This document shows positions 9,445 to 18,155 of a DNA stretch of 64,000 nucleotides, piece by piece. The position numbers were made by a program, and so were the translations under genes. This DNA comes from Acutalibacteraceae bacterium (GTDB lineage Bacteria; Bacillota; Clostridia; Oscillospirales; Acutalibacteraceae): assembly GCA_045595845.1 (NCBI GenBank), contig JAZOBF010000043.1:8293-72292 (forward strand), read 5' to 3'. A model generated the notes under the pieces. That model saw only the letters and a list, made by a program, of their open reading frames with translations, searched no databases and had not been told where the DNA came from. How positions within the stretch are numbered: the first letter of the stretch is position 1; every line of letters starts with the position of its first letter.

Positions 9445-10104
9445 CTACTTTTCAAGAATATGCGGGGGTAATACCGAAAGCATGGAACGGCCGTTTTTAA
9501 CGGCTTCACACAACCATACAAACGGAGCCGTATCCTGTCGTGCGTGTACCCATTGTATGCGCCTGGGGACAAAGCCCTGTTCACGGAGCGCAACGACAAC
9601 ATCCGACAAGCGTTCCGGACGATGGCAAAAGTAAAAACGGCCACGGGGCTTGAGCAACCGATACGCGGCTGCCATTACATCGTATAAGGTGGCGGAGGTT
9701 TCGTGCCGCGCGCGTTGCTGTTCGGGATGTTGACTGACTTTCCCGCTGCCTGCGGCAAAATACGGCGGATTACAGGTCACGACATCGTAAGCCGCGGCGG
9801 GGAGGGTGAGAGATTGCCAATTTTGCTCGTATACGGTAATACGGTCAGATAACCCGTTTTTCTCGACGGAGGCGCGAGCGAGCGTGACGGCGCGCGCAGA
9901 GCAATCTACGGCATCCACTATGGGTGAAACACCGTTTGCATACCAGCACAACGGTATAATACCGCAACCCGTACCCAGATCACAGACGCGATTGGCGGTA
10001 CGAACGGCGGCGAATTCGCTGAGTAATACGGCGTCTGTTGTGAATGTACAGGTATCATCCGTAAGCACAACATATCCGTTTTTGAGCGGTTCGGTGCGAA
10101 TCAT
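9445..10104 (-). CDS. SAM-dependent methyltransferase, tRNA (adenine-N6) TrmN6/YfiC-like
   Basis: DLGTGCGIIPL SAM motif and TCNPPYF catalytic motif. ATG at 10104 is 8 nt after AAGAGG. Confidence 0.75.
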   Translation of the reverse strand: MIRTEPLKNGYVVLTDDTCTFTTDAVLLSEFAAVRTANRVCDLGTGCGIIPLCWYANGVSPIVDAVDCSARAVTLARASVEKNGLSDRITVYEQNWQSLTLPAAAYDVVTCNPPYFAAGSGKVSQHPEQQRARHETSATLYDVMAAAYRLLKPRGRFYFCHRPERLSDVVVALREQGFVPRRIQWVHARQDTAPFVWLCEAVKNGRSMLSVLPPHILEK

Positions 10105-10130
10105 GTACACGACCTCTTTTCAAGACGAAA

Positions 10131-10160
10131 GGCTGCCGTACCGAGACAGTACGGCAGCCC
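10131..10160 (-). terminator. Terminator after the ferredoxin gene
   Basis: GGCTGCCGTA / TACGGCAGCC stem followed by a T-run on the minus strand. Confidence 0.7.
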
Positions 10161-10173
10161 TTTGAAATCGGCA

Positions 10174-10344
10174 TCATTCAGCCTGGGGAGCGCCAACGGG
10201 GCACGCCTCGGCACAGGCGCCGCAATCGATGCAGGTCTCGGGGTTGATAACATATTTGCCATCGCCCTCGGAAATCGCTTCGGTGGGGCAACCCTCGGCG
10301 CAAGCGCCGCAGTTGATGCAATCATCGGAAATTTTATAAGCCAT
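10174..10344 (-). CDS. fdx: Clostridial-type 2x[4Fe-4S] ferredoxin (56 aa), below the ORF-track cutoff
   Basis: My translation: MAYKISDDCINCGACAEGCPTEAISEGDGKYVINPETCIDCGACAEACPVGAPQAE. It contains two CxxCxxCxxxCP motifs. Confidence 0.9.
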   Translation of the reverse strand: MAYKISDDCINCGACAEGCPTEAISEGDGKYVINPETCIDCGACAEACPVGAPQAE

Positions 10345-10529
10345 TGTTAAGCACCTCCTTTGCTCTTACAAGTAGTACGATAGCATATTTAAAAAGAAAA
10401 ATCAACTCAAAAAATTTACTATTGGTTCGAAAAATGAAAAAGTGCTTGCGTTTCAGGTCGAAAGCTGTGTATAATAATGTGGGACTTCTTCGTGATGGAT
10501 TCCGAAACAACCGAAAGGAGGGACAGTAC

Positions 10530-11486
10530 ATGACAGAGTATGTATGGAATGCAACGCTTATGCGTCGTGTTTTTGTCATACCGGAAGAAATTGCCGACCG
10601 ACATTTGCGGTTAGCGGGCTCGGTCCAACTGAAAGTGCTGTTGTGGCTGTCCCGTAACGACGGTCAGTTTGATGCCGATGCGTGTGCTAAGGCAATCGGC
10701 GAAAACGCAGCCGATTGTCGCGATGCGTTGCAATATTGGGTATTGGCAGGTGTTGTGCACGAAACGGGTGAGTCCGAACTACCCACAGCAGTCACGGAGT
10801 TTAGCGCACCGCAACCCGTCAAAAAAGCGACACGGCCGAAAGTCATAAAACCACAAATGACAGAGGTCATTCGTCGGCAAAAAAAGGACGAGGAGTTCGG
10901 CGGCTTGTTAACCGAGGTCGGTGCCCGTATGGGGCGGCCCTTGTCGAACGGCGATGCGGAAACGCTACTGTACTTGTATGATACGGTGGGATTACCCGCC
11001 GCGGTATTGTTGATGGTTGTCGGGTATGCGGCACAGTCTGAGCGCATCACGATGCGGTACATAGAGAAAGTTGCGCTGGATTGGGCTGACCGCGGCATTT
11101 TGACCATGCAAGCAGCGGAAGAGCATTTGTGCTATATGGAACGCTGTGAACAGGCGGTTCGGCGTGTGCAAGCGGTCTGTCAATTGCCGAAACCGTTGAC
11201 CGGTGCAACGGTGATGCGTGCGGCAGAAAAATGGATGTGCCAGTGGCAGATTGGTGACGATGTGCTGTTGCAGGCATACGCGATTTGCTTGGAGAAAACG
11301 GGGAAATTCGAAACGCGGTACATCGACCGTGTGCTGGATAATTGGCACAGCCAAGGAGCGGATACGGCGGATAAAGTAGCCGCGTTGTCGGGAAAGAAAC
11401 CTGCAAAGGCACCCGCCGAGGAGCCCTCCGAATATGAAGAGATGGTTGGGCAGTATATGCCCGTATATAAGAAGAAAAAGAGGTGA
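10530..11486 (+). CDS. DnaD-domain replication protein (DnaB_2/DnaD-like)
   Basis: GAAAGGAGGG RBS. Two DnaD-type repeats (YIEKVALDWADRGI, YIDRVLDNWHSQG). Confidence 0.75.
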   Translation: MTEYVWNATLMRRVFVIPEEIADRHLRLAGSVQLKVLLWLSRNDGQFDADACAKAIGENAADCRDALQYWVLAGVVHETGESELPTAVTEFSAPQPVKKATRPKVIKPQMTEVIRRQKKDEEFGGLLTEVGARMGRPLSNGDAETLLYLYDTVGLPAAVLLMVVGYAAQSERITMRYIEKVALDWADRGILTMQAAEEHLCYMERCEQAVRRVQAVCQLPKPLTGATVMRAAEKWMCQWQIGDDVLLQAYAICLEKTGKFETRYIDRVLDNWHSQGADTADKVAALSGKKPAKAPAEEPSEYEEMVGQYMPVYKKKKR

Positions 11487-11494
11487 GTCGCCGT

Positions 11495-12484
11495 ATGTAT
11501 AAACGAGATATCTATGACAAAGCAATGGCGACCTTAAAAGAACGGCGCGGTGCGGCGATGACGCGTGCAGCGGCGTTTCACGAAAAAATGCGGCAAGAAG
11601 AACCGCGTGTGCGCGAAATTGAGCGGTTAATGGCGGAGAGCTCTGCCAAAGTGGTGACGGCAATTTTGCATAAAGGCAATATTGAACAGCAGGTTGAACA
11701 GATTAAAACGGAAAACTTGGCATTGCAGGACGAGCTGGCGGCGTTGTTGCAAAAACACGGTGCAACGGCACTTAATTTTGAGCCGCAGTACACCTGTCAT
11801 TTGTGTGAGGATACGGGCTTTGCGAACGGTAAACCGTGCACTTGTCTGGACCAACTCATGCGAGAATATGCCTGTATGGAACTTTCGGAGCTGTCTGCCA
11901 TGCGGCCGACCTCTTTTGAGGATTTGTCGCTGAATTATTATTCTACGCGGGCGGACAGCCGTACGGGTATTGCGCCGCGTGCAAAAATGCGGCAGGTAAT
12001 TGAATATTGTCGTGCTTATGCCCGCAATTTTGACGGGCGGGATGACAACTTGCTTTTGAGCGGGCCTACCGGCGTCGGCAAGACGCACTTATCGCTGGCG
12101 ATTGCCGGGGAGGTGTTATCGAAGGGCTATTCGGTGGTGTACGGCCCCATACAACAACTGTTACATCGCATGGAACGCGAGCATTTCGGCAGAGCAGAAG
12201 GAAACACGGAGGATGTGTTGCTTGAATGCGATCTGTTGATTTTGGACGATGTCGGAACGGAATTTTCCGGTTCTTTTTACACATCTGCGCTGTATAATAT
12301 CATCAATGGGCGGTTGATGGCGGAAAAGCCTACCATCATCAGCACCAATTTGAATCAAAAGCAATTGACCGACCGTTACGGCGAACAAATTGCTTCGCGT
12401 GTGACGGGCTTGTTTGAGCCGCTTGTGTGTGTCGGCAAAGACATTCGTCAGCAGAAACTCAAGCAATCCTTGAAAGGAGAGTAA
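11495..12484 (+). CDS. DnaI/DnaC-like helicase-loader AAA+ ATPase
   Basis: Walker A LLLSGPTGVGKTHL, Walker B LLILDDVG, N-terminal Cys cluster CHLCEDTGF..GKPCTC. The start could alternatively be GTG at 11483. Confidence 0.8.
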   Translation: MYKRDIYDKAMATLKERRGAAMTRAAAFHEKMRQEEPRVREIERLMAESSAKVVTAILHKGNIEQQVEQIKTENLALQDELAALLQKHGATALNFEPQYTCHLCEDTGFANGKPCTCLDQLMREYACMELSELSAMRPTSFEDLSLNYYSTRADSRTGIAPRAKMRQVIEYCRAYARNFDGRDDNLLLSGPTGVGKTHLSLAIAGEVLSKGYSVVYGPIQQLLHRMEREHFGRAEGNTEDVLLECDLLILDDVGTEFSGSFYTSALYNIINGRLMAEKPTIISTNLNQKQLTDRYGEQIASRVTGLFEPLVCVGKDIRQQKLKQSLKGE

Positions 12485-12486
12485 CC

Positions 12487-14109
12487 ATGGCAACCAACAT
12501 GATGTGTATGGGGTGTATGCACCCGCTTGAAGAGGACCAAACGAAATGTGCGCATTGCGGATACCCCGCGAGCGGGGTGAATCCGCCGGAATATTTGCGC
12601 ATTCGCACATTGCTCGGCGGGCGGTATCTTGTCGGTCGGGTGTTGGAAATCGGTGGTGATGCCGCGGTATACATTGGTTACGATAAACAGGAGGACTGTG
12701 TTATCACCCTGCGGGAATTTTTCCCTGCAACCTTATGTACGCGGCAATCGGGTGGCGCTCTTCTTCCCGCTGACGGGTGCGAAACCGTTTTTGCCGCTTA
12801 CCGCACGAAGTTTTTATCGGTAGCGCGTACCGTTGCCCGTTTGCGGGATGTATTGGTGATCGTGCCGTCGTACGATATTTTTGAAGAAAACGGCACCGCC
12901 TACACGGTGACCGAGTTTTGCGAAGGCAAAAGCTTGGAAAAATATGTGGCAGCAAAGGGCGGCCGTATATCGTTTGAAGAAACCAGACGGTTATTCTTAC
13001 CGTTGTTATCGGCACTGTCCACTATCCACGCTGCGGGACTGTTGCATCTGGGCATCAGCCCCAAAAATATTTTGGTGGATGTTGAGGGGAATCTGCGCCT
13101 TAAAAATTTTGCTATTCCCGAAACACGCACGGTGAATACCGATTGCAAACCCAATCTCATCACGGGATACGCGGCACCCGAACAATATGAAGAAGGCGCC
13201 GACTGTACCCCCGCGTCGGATGTGTACGGTGTAGCGGCTTCGATGTTTTTTGCCTTAACCGGTCGGCATCCGACCGACGCGGTACAACGCGGCAAAAAGG
13301 CAGACGACCTGATGATGCCCGCGGAGGTTGCGGATAAGACGCCCGCTCATGTGAAAGAAAGTCTTATCCGTGCGCTCCGCGTGCATCCGCAACGCCGCAC
13401 ACAAACCGTTCAGCAGTTACTGGACGAAATGACCGCTACCTCTGCCGTTGCGGCGCTCATTCATGAGGACGATGAGGAAGAAGATGCACCGAAAAAAGGC
13501 GGCGCCAAATATTTGTGGATTATTTTCGTTGCGGCATTTGCGGCATTGGCTGTGGTGATGGTGTTGGTGCTTAACAGCTTGGGTGTGTTAAATATCGGCG
13601 ACGAGCCTGTAGTCACGACCACCACGCAGGAACCGCTGACCATGGCACCCACGACCACTACGGAATTTGTCCCCACCCCCACAGGCGAAGCGTTGTTTGC
13701 GGTGGAAAATCTGCAAGGCCGATTCTACGCACAGGTCAAGAACGCTAAACTGTCAGGGGATATGACCGTTGAGCTCAAAGGCTATGAGTACAGCAGTACG
13801 GTTGCCAAAGGGAAGATTATCTCGCAGTCACCCGCAGCGAACGAAAAAGTGGACCGCGGCACGGTGATCTCGGTGGTTATCAGTGCCGGTCCGTCGATGG
13901 GCGTTATGCCGGATCTGACGGGCTGGAAAGAGGAACACGCGAGACTGTATCTGGAGGCGCTCGGATACAATGTGACAGACAGTTTGCTGTTGCAGGTATC
14001 CTCATTGGACAAAGGTCTCGTCGAGCGTTCTTCGCCGAAAGCGGGCTCTAAGATTGAGTACGGTGATACGGTAACCTTGTATGTCAGCGATGTTGCCACA
14101 ACGGAATAA
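12487..14109 (+). CDS. Zinc-ribbon / Ser-Thr-kinase-fold (catalytic motifs degenerate) / TM / 2x PASTA protein
   Basis: CMGC..x..CAHC; kinase-fold landmarks GYAAPE and DVYGVA; catalytic loop reads HLGISPKN and DFG reads NFA. TM is YLWIIFVAAFAALAVVMVLVL, followed by two PASTA-like repeats. Confidence 0.8.
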   Translation: MATNMMCMGCMHPLEEDQTKCAHCGYPASGVNPPEYLRIRTLLGGRYLVGRVLEIGGDAAVYIGYDKQEDCVITLREFFPATLCTRQSGGALLPADGCETVFAAYRTKFLSVARTVARLRDVLVIVPSYDIFEENGTAYTVTEFCEGKSLEKYVAAKGGRISFEETRRLFLPLLSALSTIHAAGLLHLGISPKNILVDVEGNLRLKNFAIPETRTVNTDCKPNLITGYAAPEQYEEGADCTPASDVYGVAASMFFALTGRHPTDAVQRGKKADDLMMPAEVADKTPAHVKESLIRALRVHPQRRTQTVQQLLDEMTATSAVAALIHEDDEEEDAPKKGGAKYLWIIFVAAFAALAVVMVLVLNSLGVLNIGDEPVVTTTTQEPLTMAPTTTTEFVPTPTGEALFAVENLQGRFYAQVKNAKLSGDMTVELKGYEYSSTVAKGKIISQSPAANEKVDRGTVISVVISAGPSMGVMPDLTGWKEEHARLYLEALGYNVTDSLLLQVSSLDKGLVERSSPKAGSKIEYGDTVTLYVSDVATTE

Positions 14110-14123
14110 GCGGAAGTGATATC

Positions 14124-15266
14124 ATGTTATTAAAAAACGCCACGATTTATAATGACAAATTTGAAACCGTTCAACAAAACATTACCATTGCGGGTGAGCG
14201 TATTGCGGCAATAGACGACCGCACGACGGGCGATACCGTATTGGATTTGGCAGGATATACCGTGTTGCCCGGCCTTATTGATATGCATATTCACGGTTGC
14301 GCGGGGCATGATACGGGTGAGGCGACAGAGGAAGCGTTGCAAGCAATGTCGGATTGCTTGGTCAAGCGCGGTATTACCTCCTTTTGCCCGACATCCATGA
14401 CACTGTCTTTTGACGAATTACAGCGCATTTTTCGAAATGTGGCAGATTGCCGCTTAACGGTAAACGGCGCGTATATTCAGGGCATCAACATGGAAGGGCC
14501 GTATATCGCCATGTCCAAGAAGGGCGCGCAGAACGGCGCGTATGTGCGCAATCCCGATGCTGAAGAATTCAAACGGTTATACGAGGATTGCGGCGGCATT
14601 ATCAAGGTAGTTGATATTGCACCGGAATGTGACGGAGCAGAAGAGTTTGTCCAACAGATTCAACCGATCTGTCCGGTGTCGATTGCTCACACGGCTGCCG
14701 ATTATGACCAAGCGTGTGCCGCGATTGAGTGGGGCGTGCGCCATGTTACGCATCTGTACAATGCACAAAGCGGGCTTACTCACCGTAGCCCCGGTGTCGT
14801 GGGTGCGGTATTTGACAAGACCCGTGAATACGGCGTGCGTGCAGAAATGATCTGTGATGGATTCCATATTCATCCGGCGGCATTGCGCATCGCGTTTGCA
14901 CAACTCGGAGAAGATAATTCCATTATTATCAGTGACTCCATGTGTGCGGCGGGACATGTTGACGGCGAATACGATTTGGGTGGCCAGACCGTATATGTAA
15001 AAGACGGCAAAGCGTTGCTTGCTGACGGTACCATTGCTGCCTCGACCTCCAATCTTTATGAGGAACTTTGCAATGTCATGCGGTTTGGTGTTTCGGTCAA
15101 GCAGGCGATCAAGTCTGCAACCATCAACCCTGCCCGCGCTATTCGTGTCGACCACGAAACCGGTTCGATCAAAGAAGGCAAGCTTGCTGACCTGTTGGTC
15201 GTGGATGACGATTTCAACATTGTACTGGTGATCGTTCGCGGTAAAATTAAGGTAGACAACCGTTAA
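14124..15266 (+). CDS. nagA: N-acetylglucosamine-6-phosphate deacetylase
   Basis: LPGLIDMHIHGCAGHD metal-binding motif; length and overall pattern are typical of NagA. Confidence 0.9.
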   Translation: MLLKNATIYNDKFETVQQNITIAGERIAAIDDRTTGDTVLDLAGYTVLPGLIDMHIHGCAGHDTGEATEEALQAMSDCLVKRGITSFCPTSMTLSFDELQRIFRNVADCRLTVNGAYIQGINMEGPYIAMSKKGAQNGAYVRNPDAEEFKRLYEDCGGIIKVVDIAPECDGAEEFVQQIQPICPVSIAHTAADYDQACAAIEWGVRHVTHLYNAQSGLTHRSPGVVGAVFDKTREYGVRAEMICDGFHIHPAALRIAFAQLGEDNSIIISDSMCAAGHVDGEYDLGGQTVYVKDGKALLADGTIAASTSNLYEELCNVMRFGVSVKQAIKSATINPARAIRVDHETGSIKEGKLADLLVVDDDFNIVLVIVRGKIKVDNR

Positions 15267-15287
15267 TCAGCAAAGATCCGAGCCACG

Positions 15288-15327
15288 CAACCGCGCCGTT
15301 TCAAGAGACGGCGCGGTTGTTCTCTTT
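15288..15327 (+). terminator. Intrinsic terminator after nagA
   Basis: CAACCGCGCCGT-loop-ACGGCGCGGTTG plus a T-rich tail. Confidence 0.85.
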
Positions 15328-15381
15328 ACAGGATACGCGAAATATGCTATACTGACAACAGCAACTAAGGAGGTAGTACAC

Positions 15382-16095
15382 ATGGCAAGAGAACGATACT
15401 TAGTTGGGGTGAAAAAAGAGGAGTTGGAATATACACCACCGCCACCGCCGCCGTCCACACCGAAAGGGAAGTGGGAAAATTTTTGGTACCACTATAAATG
15501 GCCCGCGCTGTGCGCGTTGTTTGCGGGGATCGTTGCGGTGGTGGTTATCGTACAAGCGGCAACCCGTACGCGGTATGACTATACCGTGTGCGTTGTTGTA
15601 CAGCAGGAGCTGTCGCAACTTGCAACGGAGCGGCTTGAATCCGAATTTGCGGCAGTCGGCAAGGATCTTAACGGCGATGGGAAAGTCGCCGTGTCGGTTC
15701 AGGCACTCAACATTGCTTCGACGCCGACAAACACGATGGCAATGACAAATCGGCAAAAAGTTACGGCGCATATTGTAGCGCGTGATATCTATTTGTTTAT
15801 CATTGATCCGTCGTATTATCAAGAGACCTTGCAGCCGTTGATGAAAGACGATTCCCACTTTTTTGCACCGCTCTCGGTGCAGACGGCAGGCATCAGTCAG
15901 GATGGAACCTATTGGAACTGGAAGGACAGTCCGCTTATAAAAGAGGCGGATATGCAAGCGGTTGACGCGTGGGAAGCGGTGCCGGGCGAGTTGTATTTCG
16001 GTGTCCGCAACATGGGCGACAGTTCCGAGAAAGTAACAGCCGAACAGCAAGCGTATACCGAATTGCTGCAAGCGTTTATTGCGGCACATTCCTGA
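15382..16095 (+). CDS. Hypothetical single-pass membrane protein with poly-Pro N-terminus
   Basis: AAGGAGG RBS. PPPPPPS tract then TM ALCALFAGIVAVVVIV. No family recognised. Confidence 0.6.
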   Translation: MARERYLVGVKKEELEYTPPPPPPSTPKGKWENFWYHYKWPALCALFAGIVAVVVIVQAATRTRYDYTVCVVVQQELSQLATERLESEFAAVGKDLNGDGKVAVSVQALNIASTPTNTMAMTNRQKVTAHIVARDIYLFIIDPSYYQETLQPLMKDDSHFFAPLSVQTAGISQDGTYWNWKDSPLIKEADMQAVDAWEAVPGELYFGVRNMGDSSEKVTAEQQAYTELLQAFIAAHS

Positions 16096-16172
16096 ATAAA
16101 TTGGGTTGTTTCGGTAACACTATCGTTGGTACTCTTATGTACCGGTCAAAAACGATAGGGAGGAACAGACTT

Positions 16173-16289
16173 ATGCAGAACGAACAGAATAAGCAGAATC
16201 AGCAGAACAAACAGAACAACCAAAATCAACAGAATCAACAGAATCAGCAGAACAAACAAAATCAACAGAACAAACAGAACAAGCAGAAT
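16173..16289 (+). repeat. 13 tandem 9-bp units NNN-CAR-AAY
   Basis: Direct reading of the sequence. The register is never broken across the 13 units. Confidence 0.9.
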
Positions 16290-16298
16290 AACTTTTAA
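16173..16298 (+). CDS. 41-aa X-Gln-Asn repeat micro-protein
   Basis: GGGAGG lies 9 nt before the ATG. Product is MQNEQNKQNQQNKQNNQNQQNQQNQQNKQNQQNKQNKQNNF. A terminator starts 9 nt after the stop. Confidence 0.55.
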   Translation: MQNEQNKQNQQNKQNNQNQQNQQNQQNKQNQQNKQNKQNNF

Positions 16299-16307
16299 GC
16301 TTCAAGG

Positions 16308-16337
16308 GCACCGCTGGCAAGCGCCAACGGTGCTTTT
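16308..16337 (+). terminator. Intrinsic terminator after the micro-ORF
   Basis: GCACCGCTGG...CCAACGGTGC stem followed by TTTT. Confidence 0.7.
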
Positions 16338-16408
16338 GACATTAATGCTTGCGTTTTCGGCATTGGCATGATAGAATGATAAAGCACAAAGCGAAAGGGA
16401 GTGGAACA

Positions 16409-16984
16409 ATGGCGGAATACGGAATGTTCAAAACAGCGTTTCGCGGATTTTGCAAAGAAGATGTTCTCGCGTATGTGGATGCGGTATTGGCAGAGCATTC
16501 GCAACGGGAATCGGCGTTGCAAGAGCAGATTGAAGACCTGCAAAAGCAACTGGCCGAGGCGACCGTGCAGCAAGAAGCCGTCCGCGAAAACGAGCGCCTG
16601 ACACAAGAGGTCGAGCAACTTAAAGAACAAACCGAACTGTTGACCACACAGGTCGCCGAGGTGACGGAACAACTGGAGCAGGAACGCAAAGACGCTGCTG
16701 CCGTCACCGTGCGCGATGCCGAACTTTCCGAACAGTTGGAACAATCGCATCAGGCAATCGCCAAACTTTGGGAAGAGAAAGCCGAACTGCAAAAGCAGGT
16801 GGATGCGACTGCAGAGCAGATGCTTAGTCTGCGCTCACTTGGTGAGGATTTTTGTCGTCGTGTAACGGAACTGTTGCCCAAAACCGCTGAATCCAAAGCA
16901 GAGCAAACGGCCACCGTGCCTGAACCTTTGGTGGTGGACACGCCGAAAGCCGCTGTCAAGCCGATGGATAGATGGTTGTTCTAA
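16409..16984 (+). CDS. DivIVA-domain coiled-coil protein
   Basis: N-terminus FKTAFRGFCKEDVLAYVDAVL resembles the DivIVA F..RGY..eEVd.fLd motif. The remainder is Glu/Gln/Leu-rich coiled coil. Confidence 0.6.
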   Translation: MAEYGMFKTAFRGFCKEDVLAYVDAVLAEHSQRESALQEQIEDLQKQLAEATVQQEAVRENERLTQEVEQLKEQTELLTTQVAEVTEQLEQERKDAAAVTVRDAELSEQLEQSHQAIAKLWEEKAELQKQVDATAEQMLSLRSLGEDFCRRVTELLPKTAESKAEQTATVPEPLVVDTPKAAVKPMDRWLF

Positions 16985-17019
16985 CGCGCGCATTTTAATG
17001 AGAGAAAGGATAAACAGAC

Positions 17020-17241
17020 ATGGCAGAACTGAAGTATGATATTGTAAAAGAATTAGGCGTATTGTCCGAGTCCCCCACGGGTTGGCGCAAAGAGATTAAC
17101 TTAATCAGTTGGAACGATCGCGAGCCGAAATATGACATCCGTGACTGGGCACCCGAGCGCAGCAAGATGGGCAAGGGCGTGACACTGACACCGGACGAGG
17201 TCATTTTACTCCGCGATCTTCTGGGTGAAATTGACATCTGA
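17020..17241 (+). CDS. YdbC/PC4-like small ssDNA-binding protein
   Basis: 73 aa. GVLSESPTGWRKEINLISWNDREPKYDIRDWAPERSKMGKGVTL matches my memory of the bacterial PC4-like family. Confidence 0.55.
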   Translation: MAELKYDIVKELGVLSESPTGWRKEINLISWNDREPKYDIRDWAPERSKMGKGVTLTPDEVILLRDLLGEIDI

Positions 17242-17255
17242 GGGAGTAACATACC

Positions 17256-18113
17256 ATGGAAATTTGGGAACTGCTCAAGGCGGTTTTACAGGGTATTGTG
17301 CAAGGTATCACCGAATGGTTGCCGATCAGTAGCACAGGCCATTTGATTATCGTCGAGGAATTTATTCCGTTTACGCGGTCCAAAGAGTTTTTTGATTTAT
17401 TTTCCGTATTGATTCAGCTCGGTTCCATTCTGGCGGTACTGGTGTTGTATTTTCACAAACTTAACCCGTTTTCATCGAAAAAGACAGCCGAGCAAAAACG
17501 CGATACATGGACGCTGTGGGGTAAAGTGCTGATTGCCAGTATCCCTGCCGCCATAGCGGGTTTGCTGATTGATGATTGGCTGGATTCTATGGAGGCGGAA
17601 CATAAAGGTCTATTTTTGTACATCATTGCCGCGGCACTCATCGTGTATGGTATGGCGTTTATCGTGATGGAATGCATGGTCCGCAGAACCAAAGTAACCG
17701 ATCTGAGTGAGGTTCGCCCCGCTTTGGCGCTGGGTATCGGTGCGTTTCAAATGTTAGCGCTCATTCCCGGGACCTCCCGTTCCGGCTCAACCATTTTGGG
17801 TGCTACCGCACTTGGTGCTTCCCGTACCGTTGCCGCTGAATTTTCGTTTTTTATGGCGATTCCGGTCATGTTCGGCGCATCGGGTCTCAAATTACTCAAA
17901 GCTGCGGCTGAGGGCGTCCTGTCATCTTTTGAATGGTTAGATTGGGCGTGTCTCGCCGTCGGATTCGTGGTATCGTTTGTGGTATCCGTATTGGTCATTC
18001 GGTTTTTGATAGCATTTATCAAAAAACATGATTTCAAAGCCTTTGGCTGGTACCGCATCGCGCTCGGCGTTGTGTTGATTGTACTGGTCGCTACGGGATT
18101 ACTTGGTGTATAA
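17256..18113 (+). CDS. uppP: Undecaprenyl-diphosphate phosphatase
   Basis: GITEWLPISSTGHL and PGTSRSGSTI motifs; polytopic membrane protein. Confidence 0.95.
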   Translation: MEIWELLKAVLQGIVQGITEWLPISSTGHLIIVEEFIPFTRSKEFFDLFSVLIQLGSILAVLVLYFHKLNPFSSKKTAEQKRDTWTLWGKVLIASIPAAIAGLLIDDWLDSMEAEHKGLFLYIIAAALIVYGMAFIVMECMVRRTKVTDLSEVRPALALGIGAFQMLALIPGTSRSGSTILGATALGASRTVAAEFSFFMAIPVMFGASGLKLLKAAAEGVLSSFEWLDWACLAVGFVVSFVVSVLVIRFLIAFIKKHDFKAFGWYRIALGVVLIVLVATGLLGV

Positions 18114-18148
18114 CAAAAAAGCACTCTCATGCATGAGAGTGCTTTTTT
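18114..18148. terminator. Bidirectional intrinsic terminator
   Basis: AAAAAAA-GCACTCTCATG/CATGAGAGTGC-TTTTTT. Confidence 0.9.
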
Positions 18149-18155
18149 ATGTGCG

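Noticed and set aside
10101-10350. 74-aa minus-strand and 62-aa plus-strand ORFs from the track
   Set aside because: They are Ala/Gly/Pro-rich alternative frames of the ferredoxin gene. The frame giving two CxxCxxCxxxCP motifs is clearly the real one.
15400-16089. 229-aa minus-strand ORF mirroring the 15382-16095 gene
   Set aside because: The plus-strand ORF has an AAGGAGG RBS, a plausible TM helix, and a promoter and terminator context. The minus-strand product is Arg/Cys/His-rich with no start signals.
16173-16337. Reading the Q/N micro-ORF as a ribosome-stalling leader peptide for transcription attenuation (Gln/Asn-rich leader followed by a terminator)
   Set aside because: The downstream gene is a DivIVA-like coiled-coil protein, not a Gln/Asn biosynthesis or transport gene. 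I could not find an alternative antiterminator pairing that overlaps the terminator. I keep it only as a minor alternative.
16295-16792. Minus-strand ORFs of 165 and 121 aa opposite the DivIVA-like gene
   Set aside because: These are antisense shadows of a coiled-coil gene (its GAG/CAG-rich codons read as Leu/Cys/Ser-rich). No RBS is present, and they would run through the terminator of the micro-ORF.
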